A program made the translations under genes and the position numbers. From contig JAGOVW010000004.1 in the NCBI GenBank assembly GCA_018060545.1, positions 1 through 61,774 on the forward strand: a stretch of DNA of 61,774 nt, read 5' to 3'. Below, piece after piece: positions 18,582 through 29,414 of this stretch. The first letter of the stretch is position 1; each line of letters opens with the position of its first letter. Under the pieces are notes generated by a model that did not search any database, was not told where the DNA came from, and was given only the letters and a program-made list of their open reading frames with translations. This DNA is from Minisyncoccota bacterium (GTDB taxonomy: Bacteria > Patescibacteriota > Minisyncoccia > Phycocordibacterales > UBA2100).

Positions 18582-19685
18582 TTATTTTGCAAAGCCCAAT
18601 GTCTCTATCATATCAACTTCATCGATCAGTGAGCCGAATTTCGTTATTTCGGTGATTGCCTCCACTTCTATGCGTCTGCCAGCTGCATGACCTAAAAGCA
18701 CGTCACCAACCTTCCTTAAAAGAAGCTCTCTCATAAATAGAGGGAGTTGCCCAATCATGGGGCCGTACGAGGGGTTAATAGAACAATATGCATCCAAAAA
18801 TGACTGCACTGCATCAGGGATAGCCACTGCGGGACTGCGGTCGCAAAAAACAACATGCTGGCGCACTAGTCGGTGGCATGCCATACCAATATCTACTGAT
18901 AGCACGCCCCAACTCGCATTCCCGAAATCAATGATTGCATTGAGACGCTCGTCTTGGAAAAGGAAATTCTGGGGGTGCAGATCGGTGTGGATTACCTGTT
19001 CCGATAAGGAGCCTGACTGGCGCAAACTTTCCACCTCAGCATGTGCTCGAAGTGCCTTCTCGCGAAGCTGGAGTATTTCGACGTGACGTGCTACATCACT
19101 ACCTTTCAGTACATCCATCGCAGCATCCCACTCACGGACATCGATCGAACCGTACGCTTTTTGAGGAAAGCTGGAGACGTGCGGATACTTCGCGAGAGCA
19201 AGGTGCATGCGCGCTATTCCTCGAGCTGCTACTTCCAATTCCACATCCGATCCGCGATAGTACATTCCATGTACGAATGGAAATCGCTGCCACAGAGCCC
19301 CCTCATGTTCCACTACATATGTCTGCATTTCGGGCGTCGGGAGGGGCGCTGGCACTGGCACCCCTTCTGCGTCCAGAAAAAGGAGTAGTTCACTTGATTT
19401 CTGCACATCGTCTAATGCGGCACGCTTTGCACGTCGATACACAAACAACTCAATGCGAGTACCGTGCAACTCTTCAACAATCCAATTGTCACTCATCAGA
19501 CCCGCCATTATGCGCTGAGCGGTGCCGACGACCGTACTGTCGGCAGCGAGCACCCGACTCACTTCTGCCAATAGGGCGACCTCATCAGGCGTCGCAGGCT
19601 GAAGCAGCACCTCCGAATAACTATGCGCATTTGCACCAAAAAGATCCCGCGGATCATGTGGCAATCGACATTGGCCAATGATCAT
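18582..19685 (-). CDS. APH/homoserine-kinase-II-like phosphotransferase
   Basis: VIHTDLHPQNFLF and IIDFG motifs. Confidence 0.8.
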   Translation of the reverse strand: MIIGQCRLPHDPRDLFGANAHSYSEVLLQPATPDEVALLAEVSRVLAADSTVVGTAQRIMAGLMSDNWIVEELHGTRIELFVYRRAKRAALDDVQKSSELLLFLDAEGVPVPAPLPTPEMQTYVVEHEGALWQRFPFVHGMYYRGSDVELEVAARGIARMHLALAKYPHVSSFPQKAYGSIDVREWDAAMDVLKGSDVARHVEILQLREKALRAHAEVESLRQSGSLSEQVIHTDLHPQNFLFQDERLNAIIDFGNASWGVLSVDIGMACHRLVRQHVVFCDRSPAVAIPDAVQSFLDAYCSINPSYGPMIGQLPLFMRELLLRKVGDVLLGHAAGRRIEVEAITEITKFGSLIDEVDMIETLGFAK

Positions 19686-20254
19686 ACAACTGGAAATTCT
19701 CGCTCATCTCGGCTGTACGCATCAAGCAGAAGTTCAGCAAATTCTCTTAACGACCCCTCCGCTGCTCGCGCAGCTGTAATAACATCCGCAATCGATCTGA
19801 TGCGGCGCGTACAGTTAGCAGGCGCCACAGTGAGACCCCCCTGAGCCTTGAGCATCTGCATCGCTTCATAATCATCGATATCGTCGCCCATGTATGCACA
19901 GGCATCCCCAGATACAGCATGTAACGCAAGCCACGCCTCAACACGCGACTTCTTATCGCTTCCGATGGGAGCAAAGACAGCCTCGTGCCATCTCCCACTT
20001 TTCACCGACGGCAGTGCATTAATCTTATCAACAATACTCTGCAACGGCTCACCGTCCCCCGAAACAAAAACAACGCGGATTCCCATTTCCCGCATAAATG
20101 AAAGTCCCTGCCCGTCAATAAGTGACCGCCGCTTAATCAAAACGACATCATTCTGAAATATAAGGCGCAATTCGTCACCGGAAAAGAAAACGCCATCCGC
20201 GTCGATAAATAATACAGATACCCGCCTCAGTGACTCAGTTGCTGGTATTGTCAT
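19682..20254 (-). CDS. KdsC-like HAD phosphatase, copy 2
   Basis: FIDADGVFFSG, DGQGL, YMGDDIDD, VAPAN. Start set at MTIPATES. Confidence 0.8.
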   Translation of the reverse strand: MTIPATESLRRVSVLFIDADGVFFSGDELRLIFQNDVVLIKRRSLIDGQGLSFMREMGIRVVFVSGDGEPLQSIVDKINALPSVKSGRWHEAVFAPIGSDKKSRVEAWLALHAVSGDACAYMGDDIDDYEAMQMLKAQGGLTVAPANCTRRIRSIADVITAARAAEGSLREFAELLLDAYSRDEREFPVV

Positions 20255-20261
20255 ACGACGT

Positions 20262-21092
20262 CTACAACGCCCCCCACCCGCCATCCGCAACAATTGTGGT
20301 CCCGGTTATGTACGACGCTGCTGGGGACACTAAAAATAATATTAGCCCAGCATATTCGTCCGGACGTGCCATACGACCCAGAGGAACATGCTTTACGTAT
20401 GCATCTTTAAAACGTTGGTCACTCTTTGGGTTTTCGACCCCTCCGAAGGCAACCGCGAGGGATCGAATGCCGTGCGGGCCCCATTGTACCGCCAGGTCGC
20501 GCATCAGCGCGTTCATACCAGCCTTTGATGCGCCGTACGAAGCATCTTTCACAAACCGCTCTTTCCCATCGTCAACTTTGTATTGATAAATTCCATGGTC
20601 AGGAGAGTTCAGCGAGTAATGGGACGAGATACCAACAATTACCCCAGACCCTTTTTCTACCATACGTTTTCCGACCACTTTCGAACACACGGCGGCGCTT
20701 TTGAGGTTTATCTTGATGACCGTGTCCCAAAGTTCCATGGAATACTCCTCAAATGGCTTACCTGCCCCCTGCGGATCGTTTGGCGACGCCTTCCAGCCCG
20801 CATTGTTAATGAGAATAGTTGGCACACCCCATGTCGCTTCGAGTCCTTGGATAGCTTTCTCAACGTCTTGCTCATTCGTAACATCTGCTTTGAGGAATCG
20901 CAGTGGGTATTGTTCGGCAAGACGCTGCAACGTTTCGTTCGGAGTATCCACCACATCAAGCGATGCGACGCGAGCACCTGCCTTGACAAGCACCTCTGTC
21001 ATATGTGTCGCCAACTTTCCCAGGCCACCAGTGATGACTACAACTTCTTTCTCTAAACTGAACAATCGGGATACGTATCTCTCGTCAATCAT
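20262..21092 (-). CDS. Short-chain dehydrogenase/reductase
   Basis: TGGLGKL, LINNAG, YGASK, PLGRMARPDE. Confidence 0.9.
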   Translation of the reverse strand: MIDERYVSRLFSLEKEVVVITGGLGKLATHMTEVLVKAGARVASLDVVDTPNETLQRLAEQYPLRFLKADVTNEQDVEKAIQGLEATWGVPTILINNAGWKASPNDPQGAGKPFEEYSMELWDTVIKINLKSAAVCSKVVGKRMVEKGSGVIVGISSHYSLNSPDHGIYQYKVDDGKERFVKDASYGASKAGMNALMRDLAVQWGPHGIRSLAVAFGGVENPKSDQRFKDAYVKHVPLGRMARPDEYAGLILFLVSPAASYITGTTIVADGGWGAL

Positions 21093-21094
21093 AC

Positions 21095-21625
21095 TTAGTA
21101 TGTAAGTTTCGTCACGTAAGAGTTAGTGTGACTGTTCCATGTATTCTGGGCACGCATGATGATCTCGGCCACTTCCGCGATTACACCATGCCCACCAGTG
21201 GCATTCGTAACAATATCTGCCACTTTCTTGTTTTCACGTGATCCGTCGGCAGGAGTCACCGCTACACCCGCTTTATGCATGCAGTATAAGTCGCTCCAAT
21301 CATCTCCAATATACAGAACTTCTTCAGGTTGGACTTTATATTTTTCACCCAGCACATCGAACAAATCCTTCCCCGTGTCGTTTATAGCCTGCTTATAAAT
21401 TAGGTCAACTTTGAGCTCACCAGCGCGCCTTTCTACCGCAGAACATTTGCGCGCAGTAAAAAGTACGAGAGGTATACCACTGCGCAGGAGCACAGCTGTT
21501 CGCGGCGCATCCTTACTCCAAAAAGACTTGAGCTCTTCACCGCCCCCCAAATAGATCTTTCCATCGGTAAGGACCCCGTCCACATCGGAAACAACAATTT
21601 TTATTTTTTTAAGCTTCTTTTTCAT
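21095..21625 (-). CDS. KdsC-like HAD phosphatase, copy 1
   Basis: SDVDGVLTDG, YIGDDWSDL, GGHGVIAE. Confidence 0.88.
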   Translation of the reverse strand: MKKKLKKIKIVVSDVDGVLTDGKIYLGGGEELKSFWSKDAPRTAVLLRSGIPLVLFTARKCSAVERRAGELKVDLIYKQAINDTGKDLFDVLGEKYKVQPEEVLYIGDDWSDLYCMHKAGVAVTPADGSRENKKVADIVTNATGGHGVIAEVAEIIMRAQNTWNSHTNSYVTKLTY

Positions 21626-22368
21626 AGTTCCACATTACTTGCTCGGTCCCTTTTGATTCTCTCATTCATCAAGACTTCAGCAATATCGAAATCGAGCGGG
21701 TGATTAATGTCGAATGCGTCGAGCTCATCCATGAGCACATATTTCAAAATAGTGCCTGATGTTGTACCTATTTCACGATGCGTCTTGGTCCACGCAACAC
21801 CCGAGGCACCGAGGTGCTGATACATTTCTGGAAATAGTTGTCGTGGCATGTTGTAGGGCTGCTCATGACCTGTCACTTCAGGAGAAAATGCAGGGACCAT
21901 GTACTCACCCTCTGTACGCCACGCTTTATACGGGTGGTGCGAAAGGCGCGCAATAGGACGCACTGAGTGCACATCAGGGTTCTGCATCAAGAGCTCAATT
22001 GCTGCGTCAATCGTTGCAGCAGTGCGCAGTGGCGTCGTAGGAGAAAAGCGAGCAACAATATCCGGTATGTAGCCTTCTTCGCGCTCGAGCGTATCTAAGG
22101 CGTGAATGACAAATTCTTGATCAGTCGCCAAGTCCCCCGAGATTTCCTCCGGGCGCAAAAAAGGAACTTCAGCACCATGGTCTCGCGCCACTTCCGCGAT
22201 CTGCTCGTTGTTAGTTGAGACAATCACACGCCCCGCGAGTTTCGCACGCAAAACTTCGTCAAGAGTCCACACAATAAGTGGCTTTCCTGCGAGTAGTTTG
22301 ACGTTCTTTTTAGGCACCCCTTTTGAGCCGCCACGCGCAGGTATGATGGTGAGTACTTTTAAATTCAT
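21622..22368 (-). CDS. neuA: Acylneuraminate cytidylyltransferase (CMP-ulosonate synthetase)
   Basis: IIPARGGSKGVPKKNVK, LRPEEISGD, PTTPLR, DINHPLDF. Confidence 0.9.
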   Translation of the reverse strand: MNLKVLTIIPARGGSKGVPKKNVKLLAGKPLIVWTLDEVLRAKLAGRVIVSTNNEQIAEVARDHGAEVPFLRPEEISGDLATDQEFVIHALDTLEREEGYIPDIVARFSPTTPLRTAATIDAAIELLMQNPDVHSVRPIARLSHHPYKAWRTEGEYMVPAFSPEVTGHEQPYNMPRQLFPEMYQHLGASGVAWTKTHREIGTTSGTILKYVLMDELDAFDINHPLDFDIAEVLMNERIKRDRASNVEL

Positions 22369-23747
22369 AGTGACGATAAGATAGCTTCAGCGACCCGCTG
22401 AGAGGACTTACCATCCACACGGTACAACAACTTTTCACGTAGTTCAACTCGTTCGCGTTCTTCTGCCTTTGGGTTATCGAGATATCGGCGGATGGCCTGT
22501 ACCAGTTCTTCTTTATTTTTGGCGAGCGCAGCCCCTTTTGTATCCATCACATAGATGTAATGGTTACGATCATAGTTCCGGACTATTGATTCCGGGTATG
22601 GCAATACTCGGTCCCCGTCGTATCCAATTAAGATAACAGGCTTGTCGAATGCCGCACCGTCTAAGGTCATCGTAGACTCAATGTTCAAAACCATGTCACT
22701 GTGGTAAATTGAGTTCGCTAAATGTAAAATGTCTTTGTCAGTAAATGTCCACGCAAAAGTTTGCGCAGCGGATGTATCTAGTGACTTCTCTTGTCCAGAT
22801 CCGAAATAGGTACCAGGGCGATCAATAACGACATGCTTAAAGTCTTTCCTCTGCTCCGTCTTACAGGTGTACTTGGGATGCACTCGTGCCAGGATGGTGG
22901 TATTCCGTGGCAACTCGCCAGCCTCGATAGCGTCATCAACATGCTTCACCACCTCATCAGTGAAGGGCATTTTCCAATCACCAGGAACAGCGAACAGTAG
23001 TATGTGGTGCGCTGGATTGATACCCATACGTGCACAAAATGCTTCGCGGGTTTCGATTGCTTCTTTCTGAGCGTACACATCGAATTGCGGAAAACCGGTC
23101 ACGATTACTTGATCTTCACGATAGTCCCCAAGCTGCACCGCCTCAATTCGATTGAGTTCGTTAAATACAAGAATTTTGTCTGCACGAACACGCGTAAATG
23201 CCTTGGTGGTGAGCACATCCCAACTCTTTACGGTCGTCATGGTCTTAATGCCACGCTTTCTCGCAGCTTTTAAAAGCCGGCAGTCTTCGGCAGAAAACAT
23301 GTTGGGGGCAAAGACTATATCAGGCTGATACTTGGTGAACACATCGGCAGCATAATCATCAGGAATCATCCAGTAGCACATTCGCAACAATTCACGCCAC
23401 AATCGTGCTCGCCCAAGAAAGCCAAGCAGGCGCTCGATTGAGTAGCGGAGCAGCTTCTTGTGAATGAGATACATGTCATGCCGACGCAAATACACTGAGT
23501 AGGTGGGAATGGAGTTCCATCCAGCATGATTCCATATTGCCTCCGCTCGCGTTGATGCACTTGGCAGAAGATCGACGACCACATTGCTGTCCGCAAAATT
23601 TTCTCTGTAGTACTCAAGACGTTTCTCAGAACGAATGAGTAGGACGATACGGTGCCCGGAAGTCTTCACGTGGCGCAGTACGTCTGACCGGAGAATGTTT
23701 TTCTCTGTGTCGCCGTCATATATAGAAACAGCAATAGTCTTTTGCAT
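22365..23747 (-). CDS. CDP-glycerol glycerophosphotransferase-like GT-B enzyme (candidate ulosonate transferase)
   Basis: SWDVLTTK, VTGFPQFD, RVHP, STMTLDGAAFDKPVI, DGKSSQRV; next to neuA. Confidence 0.65.
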   Translation of the reverse strand: MQKTIAVSIYDGDTEKNILRSDVLRHVKTSGHRIVLLIRSEKRLEYYRENFADSNVVVDLLPSASTRAEAIWNHAGWNSIPTYSVYLRRHDMYLIHKKLLRYSIERLLGFLGRARLWRELLRMCYWMIPDDYAADVFTKYQPDIVFAPNMFSAEDCRLLKAARKRGIKTMTTVKSWDVLTTKAFTRVRADKILVFNELNRIEAVQLGDYREDQVIVTGFPQFDVYAQKEAIETREAFCARMGINPAHHILLFAVPGDWKMPFTDEVVKHVDDAIEAGELPRNTTILARVHPKYTCKTEQRKDFKHVVIDRPGTYFGSGQEKSLDTSAAQTFAWTFTDKDILHLANSIYHSDMVLNIESTMTLDGAAFDKPVILIGYDGDRVLPYPESIVRNYDRNHYIYVMDTKGAALAKNKEELVQAIRRYLDNPKAEERERVELREKLLYRVDGKSSQRVAEAILSSL

Positions 23748-23759
23748 ACAGAGGGCGTA

Positions 23760-24608
23760 CTACTTTCTCGCAGTCAGGGCGTACCCTTCCGTAAAATCCG
23801 GTGTTTGTGTAGGATATGAATACACACCGCGCAATAGTGCAATCTTCATCTGCTCGACCTTCCACAACACCTTCACCAAGAGCAACAGTGGCAAACGCCA
23901 TATTCCTGAACGCTCTCGAATTGAGGAAATGACATAGGTATAGAAATGTCTCTGGACCGTCGCATATACATCACGCGGGTCAGACAAGGCCTCAACCACC
24001 ACACTCTTGAAACCAGTTTGATGAGCAAGCCATTCCCATTTGTAATGGGTGTACCGATTATAGTCGTAAGGCTTTTGATGGATGCGCATCATGAATGGAA
24101 CGGTCGCTAAGAGCACACCTCCGGGCTTTAATATGCGAAACACCTCTTTTAAGATTTCTTCTGTATTGGGCAAGTGTTCAAATGTGTTCGATGAAATGAC
24201 CACATCGAAAGCAGCGTCTTTGAATGGCAGTGGTTTTGTTAGGTCTGCTACCACCTGGACTGGCTCGAACGCGCGAAAATCGACTCCGACAGTGGTTTTG
24301 AAACGTTGTGTCAATTCTCCGAATTGACCTGGACCTACCCCGAAATCAAGGACTGTGGCACTCGATGAAATGTCCGCAAGTTCTCGTTTGTAGAAAAGAA
24401 AGTTTTTGCGACGCCATTCACTCCAGGTAGCGTGGTTTTGAGTTGAAGTGACCCCAGACCCTTCATAATCTTGTGGAACATCTGTAAAGAAAGCTTTGCC
24501 CGACCGCACATCATACGATGTATGACATACAGCACACACAGCAGAATCGTTCCGGAGCTTAAGAGAGCCTCGGCACGTCGGACACGCCGTTAGTGATAAG
24601 TAGTCCAT
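23760..24608 (-). CDS. Class I SAM methyltransferase with N-terminal Trm112-like CPxC module
   Basis: MDYLSLTACPTCRG...CAVC, VLDFGVGPG, LPFKDAAFDVV, FEHL, LKPGG. The ORF-track upstream extension overlaps the opposite-strand gene and is rejected. Confidence 0.85.
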   Translation of the reverse strand: MDYLSLTACPTCRGSLKLRNDSAVCAVCHTSYDVRSGKAFFTDVPQDYEGSGVTSTQNHATWSEWRRKNFLFYKRELADISSSATVLDFGVGPGQFGELTQRFKTTVGVDFRAFEPVQVVADLTKPLPFKDAAFDVVISSNTFEHLPNTEEILKEVFRILKPGGVLLATVPFMMRIHQKPYDYNRYTHYKWEWLAHQTGFKSVVVEALSDPRDVYATVQRHFYTYVISSIRERSGIWRLPLLLLVKVLWKVEQMKIALLRGVYSYPTQTPDFTEGYALTARK

Positions 24609-24692
24609 AGGCCAGAGCATAACAGAAAAGGTCGCATCGCGGTAAGTTGTCGCGCAACTATACTTTTTACTCCCACGCTCTATACTGCCCCC

Positions 24693-26135
24693 ATGTTTCA
24701 AGCGATTGGCGATTTCTGGCAGCATAAAAAACACCTCGTGTGGGTCGCTCTTGGTGTGACCGCGCTCCACCTCTGCATCTTCTTTGGCACGGCAGCGCTT
24801 CTTGCGTCGCACGGTGGAAGCATGGCCAATGTCATTAACCACCAGGACGAGCAGGAGTACATTTCGATCGCTCATTCCATGATTGCGCTCGGCGAGTTTC
24901 GCATTAACGGCGGCGTCGAAACTGAAACGTTCCGCACCATTGGATACCCCGCACTGGCCGCATTCATTCTCCTTCTCACCGCTGGCTCATTCTGGGCTAT
25001 CTACATCAGCCACACGTTCATCACGGGGTTAACTGCCGCGGTGACCACTTGGATCGCAGCATTAATCGGTCTCTCGCGCCGAACCAGTATCATCGCTGGT
25101 GTTTTGTTTGGTATGAGCTCGGGACCATTCCTCCTCACTACTTCCGGCATGGGAAGTGACAAAATGTTTCCGCTCCTCTACGCGCTTTCTGCGGCACTCC
25201 TCCTCACCTTTACCGCTACCAATCGCTTGAGACAGGCCGCGCTCATGGGGGCTATTATGGGTATCGCCACACTGATTCGCCCGATAGGTATACTCGCGTC
25301 GCTGCCATTATTCACCGCCATTCTGTTTGTCCCACCGCTGACCGTCTTTCCTGCTATCCCCGATCGTATTCGTGCAACAGTGATAGCGCTTATGGTCTTT
25401 GTCGCAGTGATGGTGCCGTGGCACTATCGCAATTACGAATTAGCAGGACGGTTCTCTCTATCGTCTCTCCCTGTTTACAACTTTGTGTACTACAACATCC
25501 CTCTGTATTTGGCTGGGTGGGAAGGCAAAAATGAAATTGCCGAACGCGACCGCATCATTGCGGAATTAGGGAATCCAAATCTGATGACGTTGCGCGGATA
25601 CTTTTACCACGACGAACTTGCCGTGATGCAGAAGGATTTCATTAAGGAAAAGGCAGTCCCGTACACCTTGTTCCACGTGTACAAAATGATTCCATTCTTT
25701 TTAGGAAGTGGGTTCAACGTGGCACACGCTATTCTTGCGATTGAGGCGCCTTCGATGCGCTCATCTCTATTCCCTACCGAGCAGGAAAATCTCACCTCAG
25801 CTATTTTGCGTGGCGACTATGCCGTGGTGTGGCGCAACGTCACGGCGTACCCCGTGGTCACACTTGAGCGACTCTCGTGGCTCGTGATTTTCGGACTGGC
25901 CTTCCTTTCTCCACTTTTGGCACCCGCTGGCCCTGTGCGACGTTTCCTCGTACTTGCCGCCCTGTTCATTCTCTCGATGGCATTCCTATCCAGCCCCGTC
26001 ATACAGCCCCGCTACCGCGTGCCGATAGAACCGCTCTTGTGGCCAATGTTCTTGTATGCCCTCTTGGGCGGCTACTACACGCTCGCACTGTGGTACAAAA
26101 ACCGTGGTTTCGCAAAGCAAAAAGCGCAGCTATAA
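24693..26135 (+). CDS. GT-C fold (PMT/ArnT/GT39-like) membrane glycosyltransferase
   Basis: Multi-TM; DEQEY in the first loop, FRTIGYP, TLIRP, PRYRVP. Confidence 0.7.
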   Translation: MFQAIGDFWQHKKHLVWVALGVTALHLCIFFGTAALLASHGGSMANVINHQDEQEYISIAHSMIALGEFRINGGVETETFRTIGYPALAAFILLLTAGSFWAIYISHTFITGLTAAVTTWIAALIGLSRRTSIIAGVLFGMSSGPFLLTTSGMGSDKMFPLLYALSAALLLTFTATNRLRQAALMGAIMGIATLIRPIGILASLPLFTAILFVPPLTVFPAIPDRIRATVIALMVFVAVMVPWHYRNYELAGRFSLSSLPVYNFVYYNIPLYLAGWEGKNEIAERDRIIAELGNPNLMTLRGYFYHDELAVMQKDFIKEKAVPYTLFHVYKMIPFFLGSGFNVAHAILAIEAPSMRSSLFPTEQENLTSAILRGDYAVVWRNVTAYPVVTLERLSWLVIFGLAFLSPLLAPAGPVRRFLVLAALFILSMAFLSSPVIQPRYRVPIEPLLWPMFLYALLGGYYTLALWYKNRGFAKQKAQL

Positions 26136-26142
26136 TATCTTC

Positions 26143-26607
26143 ATGATTGAACCTGACGTGGTAACGACCCCCGAAGCCACCCCGTCTGTCGCCCTGTCCT
26201 CCATGGGATCTGAAGGTCTCCATGAATTCATTCGGTACGTCGTTGCTTCTGCCATCGCACTCGTACTCGACATTGCCACGCTCTCACTCCTCACGAGCAT
26301 CCTCGGCGTCCCTTACCTTGTATCAGGTGCGGTGGCCTTTCTGGTGGGCCTCACTGCGGTGTACATCCTCAGTGTGCGCTGGGTATTTGCCGTGCGCGCA
26401 CTTTCTAACCCTTGGACTGAATTTCTGCTGTTCGCAGGAATCGGGGTCGTGGGTCTTCTCATTAACGAAGCGGTGCTCTATCTGTTCACCAGTGTGTTTG
26501 GATTTTTCTATCTCGTTTCAAAAATCGCAAGCGTGATATTTGTATTCACCTGGAACTTCGGTGCCCGCAAGATATTTTTATTTAAAACACGCATACAAGC
26601 TGCCTAA
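26143..26607 (+). CDS. GtrA-family membrane protein
   Basis: EFIRYVVAS, NE..L, SKIAS...WNFGARK; four TM segments. Confidence 0.85.
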   Translation: MIEPDVVTTPEATPSVALSSMGSEGLHEFIRYVVASAIALVLDIATLSLLTSILGVPYLVSGAVAFLVGLTAVYILSVRWVFAVRALSNPWTEFLLFAGIGVVGLLINEAVLYLFTSVFGFFYLVSKIASVIFVFTWNFGARKIFLFKTRIQAA

Positions 26608-26610
26608 CAT

Positions 26611-28170
26611 ATGGCTACGAAGAAAACAGCACTCATCATTGGCGCGGGTCCTGCAGGCCTCACTGCTGCGCATGAACTTCTGGCACGCACCGATATCCAT
26701 CCGATTATCTGTGAGGCAGATCCGACCTACGTCGGTGGTATTTCGCGCACCGTAAATTACAAAGGTAACCGGATTGATATTGGCGGACACCGTTTCTTTT
26801 CAAAATCCGACCGCATCATGCAGTGGTGGGCCAACGTCCTCCCCATTGCACTTCCGAAGGGCGCGTCTACGGATGTTACCTACCAGCGCACCACGAAGGC
26901 GCTCACCCAAGGCCTCCTGACTGCCACAGACAAAAACGGCGAAGCAGTGATGCATGTGCGCCCGCGCAAAACACGCATCATCTATGGTGGAAAATTCTTT
27001 GCATACCCTATCGAACTATCACTCGACACCCTCTTGAAGCTGGGGCCCGTGAAAGTGGTGAAAATCGGTGTCACCTACCTCCAGGCAGTACTCTTCCCTA
27101 TACGACCTGAAAAAACACTGGAAGATTTTTTCTTGAATCGTTTTGGGCGCGAATTGTACGAAACGTTCTTTAAGTCCTACACAGAAAAAGTGTGGGGCAC
27201 CACGTGCGACAACATGTCTGCTGAATGGGGTGCGCAACGCGTCAAAGGCCTCTCCATCATGAAGGCAGTGCTCCACGCTGCAAAGAAGATCGCGCGCATT
27301 GGCGCCCTTTCTGGTAAGGGCGTCGAAACCTCCCTCATCGAGCAATACCTCTACCCTACCTATGGGCCAGGGCAGATGTGGGAAGAGGTCGTGAAAGATA
27401 TCAAAGCCAAAGGTGGTGAACTGCGCATGAACACCCGAGTGGTTGGCCTACAGCAATCTGGCTCACGCATCACGCACGTAACGCTCGAGTCGAACGGAAC
27501 GAAAGAAACCATTGCCGTAGACTACATTTTTTCTTCGACCGACATTAAAGCACTTGTCGCCATGCTCCCGTCTGCACCAAAGGCCGTGCACTCTGTTGCA
27601 GAGAGTCTTGAATACCGAGATTTCCTTACCGTAGGCCTTCTCTTGAAAGAAAAAATTAAAGAGCCGGATGGGTCGGTGCTCACCGACACCTGGATGTACG
27701 TACACGAAAAAGGTGTGCATGTTGGTCGTGTGCAGCTATTTCACAATTGGCACCCGAAGCTTGCGGCAAACCCAGCCCACGGATGGATCGGCCTCGAATA
27801 CTTCGTGAACGAGGGCGACCATCTCTGGAGCATGGACGACACTGCTTTGGTCAAACTAGGTACCGACGAGCTCGAGAAAATTGGCTTGCGACGCGGCATC
27901 GATGTGATAGATGGGACCGTTATCCGACAGCCAAAAGCGTACCCAGGCTACTTCGGTGGCTACGAACAATTCCCCGTCGTGCGTACGTATCTCGACACCA
28001 TAGAAAACCTCTTCCCCGTAGGAAGAAACGGCATGCATCGCTACAACAACCAGGACCACTCCATGCTCTCGGCCATGACTGCCGTAGACAACATCATTGA
28101 GAAACGCACCGACAAATCAAACCTCTGGGCAGTGAATACTGAAGAGGAGTACCACGAGGAGAAGAAGTAG
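26611..28170 (+). CDS. FAD-dependent oxidoreductase (protoporphyrinogen oxidase/UDP-galactopyranose mutase-like superfamily)
   Basis: [48 protein letters not shown]. Confidence 0.8.
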   Translation: MATKKTALIIGAGPAGLTAAHELLARTDIHPIICEADPTYVGGISRTVNYKGNRIDIGGHRFFSKSDRIMQWWANVLPIALPKGASTDVTYQRTTKALTQGLLTATDKNGEAVMHVRPRKTRIIYGGKFFAYPIELSLDTLLKLGPVKVVKIGVTYLQAVLFPIRPEKTLEDFFLNRFGRELYETFFKSYTEKVWGTTCDNMSAEWGAQRVKGLSIMKAVLHAAKKIARIGALSGKGVETSLIEQYLYPTYGPGQMWEEVVKDIKAKGGELRMNTRVVGLQQSGSRITHVTLESNGTKETIAVDYIFSSTDIKALVAMLPSAPKAVHSVAESLEYRDFLTVGLLLKEKIKEPDGSVLTDTWMYVHEKGVHVGRVQLFHNWHPKLAANPAHGWIGLEYFVNEGDHLWSMDDTALVKLGTDELEKIGLRRGIDVIDGTVIRQPKAYPGYFGGYEQFPVVRTYLDTIENLFPVGRNGMHRYNNQDHSMLSAMTAVDNIIEKRTDKSNLWAVNTEEEYHEEKK

Positions 28171-28223
28171 GAATAACGCGCAGACGGCAGGTAGAACCAA
28201 GAAAGCAAAGAAACACGAGACAC

Positions 28224-29351
28224 ATGAAACTATTCCTCATCTTTCACGGACGGTTCCCCAGCGAGAAAGCAGCGGCACTGTTTGCTGCCAAGAGTGCTGA
28301 AGCATTTGCACGCGAAGGAGTACGTGTGGAGCTATTGGTCCCACGCCGCCTTGGTCGCGACCTAAAAGACCCACACACATACTACGCGCTCGATAGGAAT
28401 TTCTCTGTTCACTACCTACCAGTATTCGATGTCTTCAATATTCCCCTTCTCAGACCCGTCGCCTTCTGGATCAGTTTCTTCTCTTTTTCCCTTTCAGTAT
28501 TTGTGTATCTCATTTTCAAAGCAAGAAAAACAGACATGGTCTACTCCAATGAGACACTGCCTCTGGTGATGCTGAACCCCTTTTTCAAGAACACCTTGTA
28601 CGAGGTGCACGATTTCCCTGAACAGAATCTGTGGTTTTATCGCAGTTTGTTTGGTGGTGTGCAGCACCTCCTCTCTACTAACACGTGGAAGGCACGCATG
28701 CTCACCGAGCGCTTTGGTATCGCGCACGAGAAAATTTTTGTTGAACCAAACGCAGTCGAAACAACCATGTTTGCTATCAGTGAATCGCGAGCACAGGCGC
28801 GCGCAAAGTTGGGCATTCCAGTTGAGGGAAAGGTGGTCGTCTATACCGGGCACCTCTACAGCTGGAAAGGGGTCGACACACTCGCGTCTGCTGCATCACT
28901 GTTACCGAATGTGTCTTTCTACTTCGTGGGTGGCACTGTCCAAGACGTAAAGCATTTCTCATGCGTGTGGGGACACCACGAAAATATTCACATGATGGGA
29001 CACCGGCCGCATACAGAAATTCCGCTATGGCAACGCGCGGCGGATATATTAGTGCTCCCCAATACAGCAAAGGAAGAGATCTCCGCCCACTACACATCCC
29101 CAATGAAGCTGTTTGAATACATGGCTTCAGGTACCCCGATCGTGGCGAGCAACCTCCCCTCGATACGAGAGATTGCTGAAGGGCGCGCAACACTCGTCGA
29201 GCCTGACAGCCCTCAAGCCCTCGCGCATGGTTTGCGAGCTATTTTTGAAGGTTCCACAGGCTCCATAGAAGCCGATGCCGCCGCACAGTGGGTTGGTGAG
29301 CACACCTGGCAAAAACGCGCCGCACGCATCCTTGCTCGCATAAAATTATAA
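28224..29351 (+). CDS. GT4 glycosyltransferase
   Basis: [22 protein letters not shown]. Confidence 0.9.
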   Translation: MKLFLIFHGRFPSEKAAALFAAKSAEAFAREGVRVELLVPRRLGRDLKDPHTYYALDRNFSVHYLPVFDVFNIPLLRPVAFWISFFSFSLSVFVYLIFKARKTDMVYSNETLPLVMLNPFFKNTLYEVHDFPEQNLWFYRSLFGGVQHLLSTNTWKARMLTERFGIAHEKIFVEPNAVETTMFAISESRAQARAKLGIPVEGKVVVYTGHLYSWKGVDTLASAASLLPNVSFYFVGGTVQDVKHFSCVWGHHENIHMMGHRPHTEIPLWQRAADILVLPNTAKEEISAHYTSPMKLFEYMASGTPIVASNLPSIREIAEGRATLVEPDSPQALAHGLRAIFEGSTGSIEADAAAQWVGEHTWQKRAARILARIKL

Positions 29352-29414
29352 GGGACCGATCTTTATAATTTTGGATACCTTATTGGCACTGCGCGATAGT
29401 GCTACACTTTTCTC

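Noticed and set aside
24609-24875. N-terminal extension of the methyltransferase in the ORF track, and similar extensions for murA, murC, murD, the ATPase, flippase and acyltransferase
   Set aside because: They overlap neighbouring genes or elements and precede the conserved domain start; shorter starts were used.
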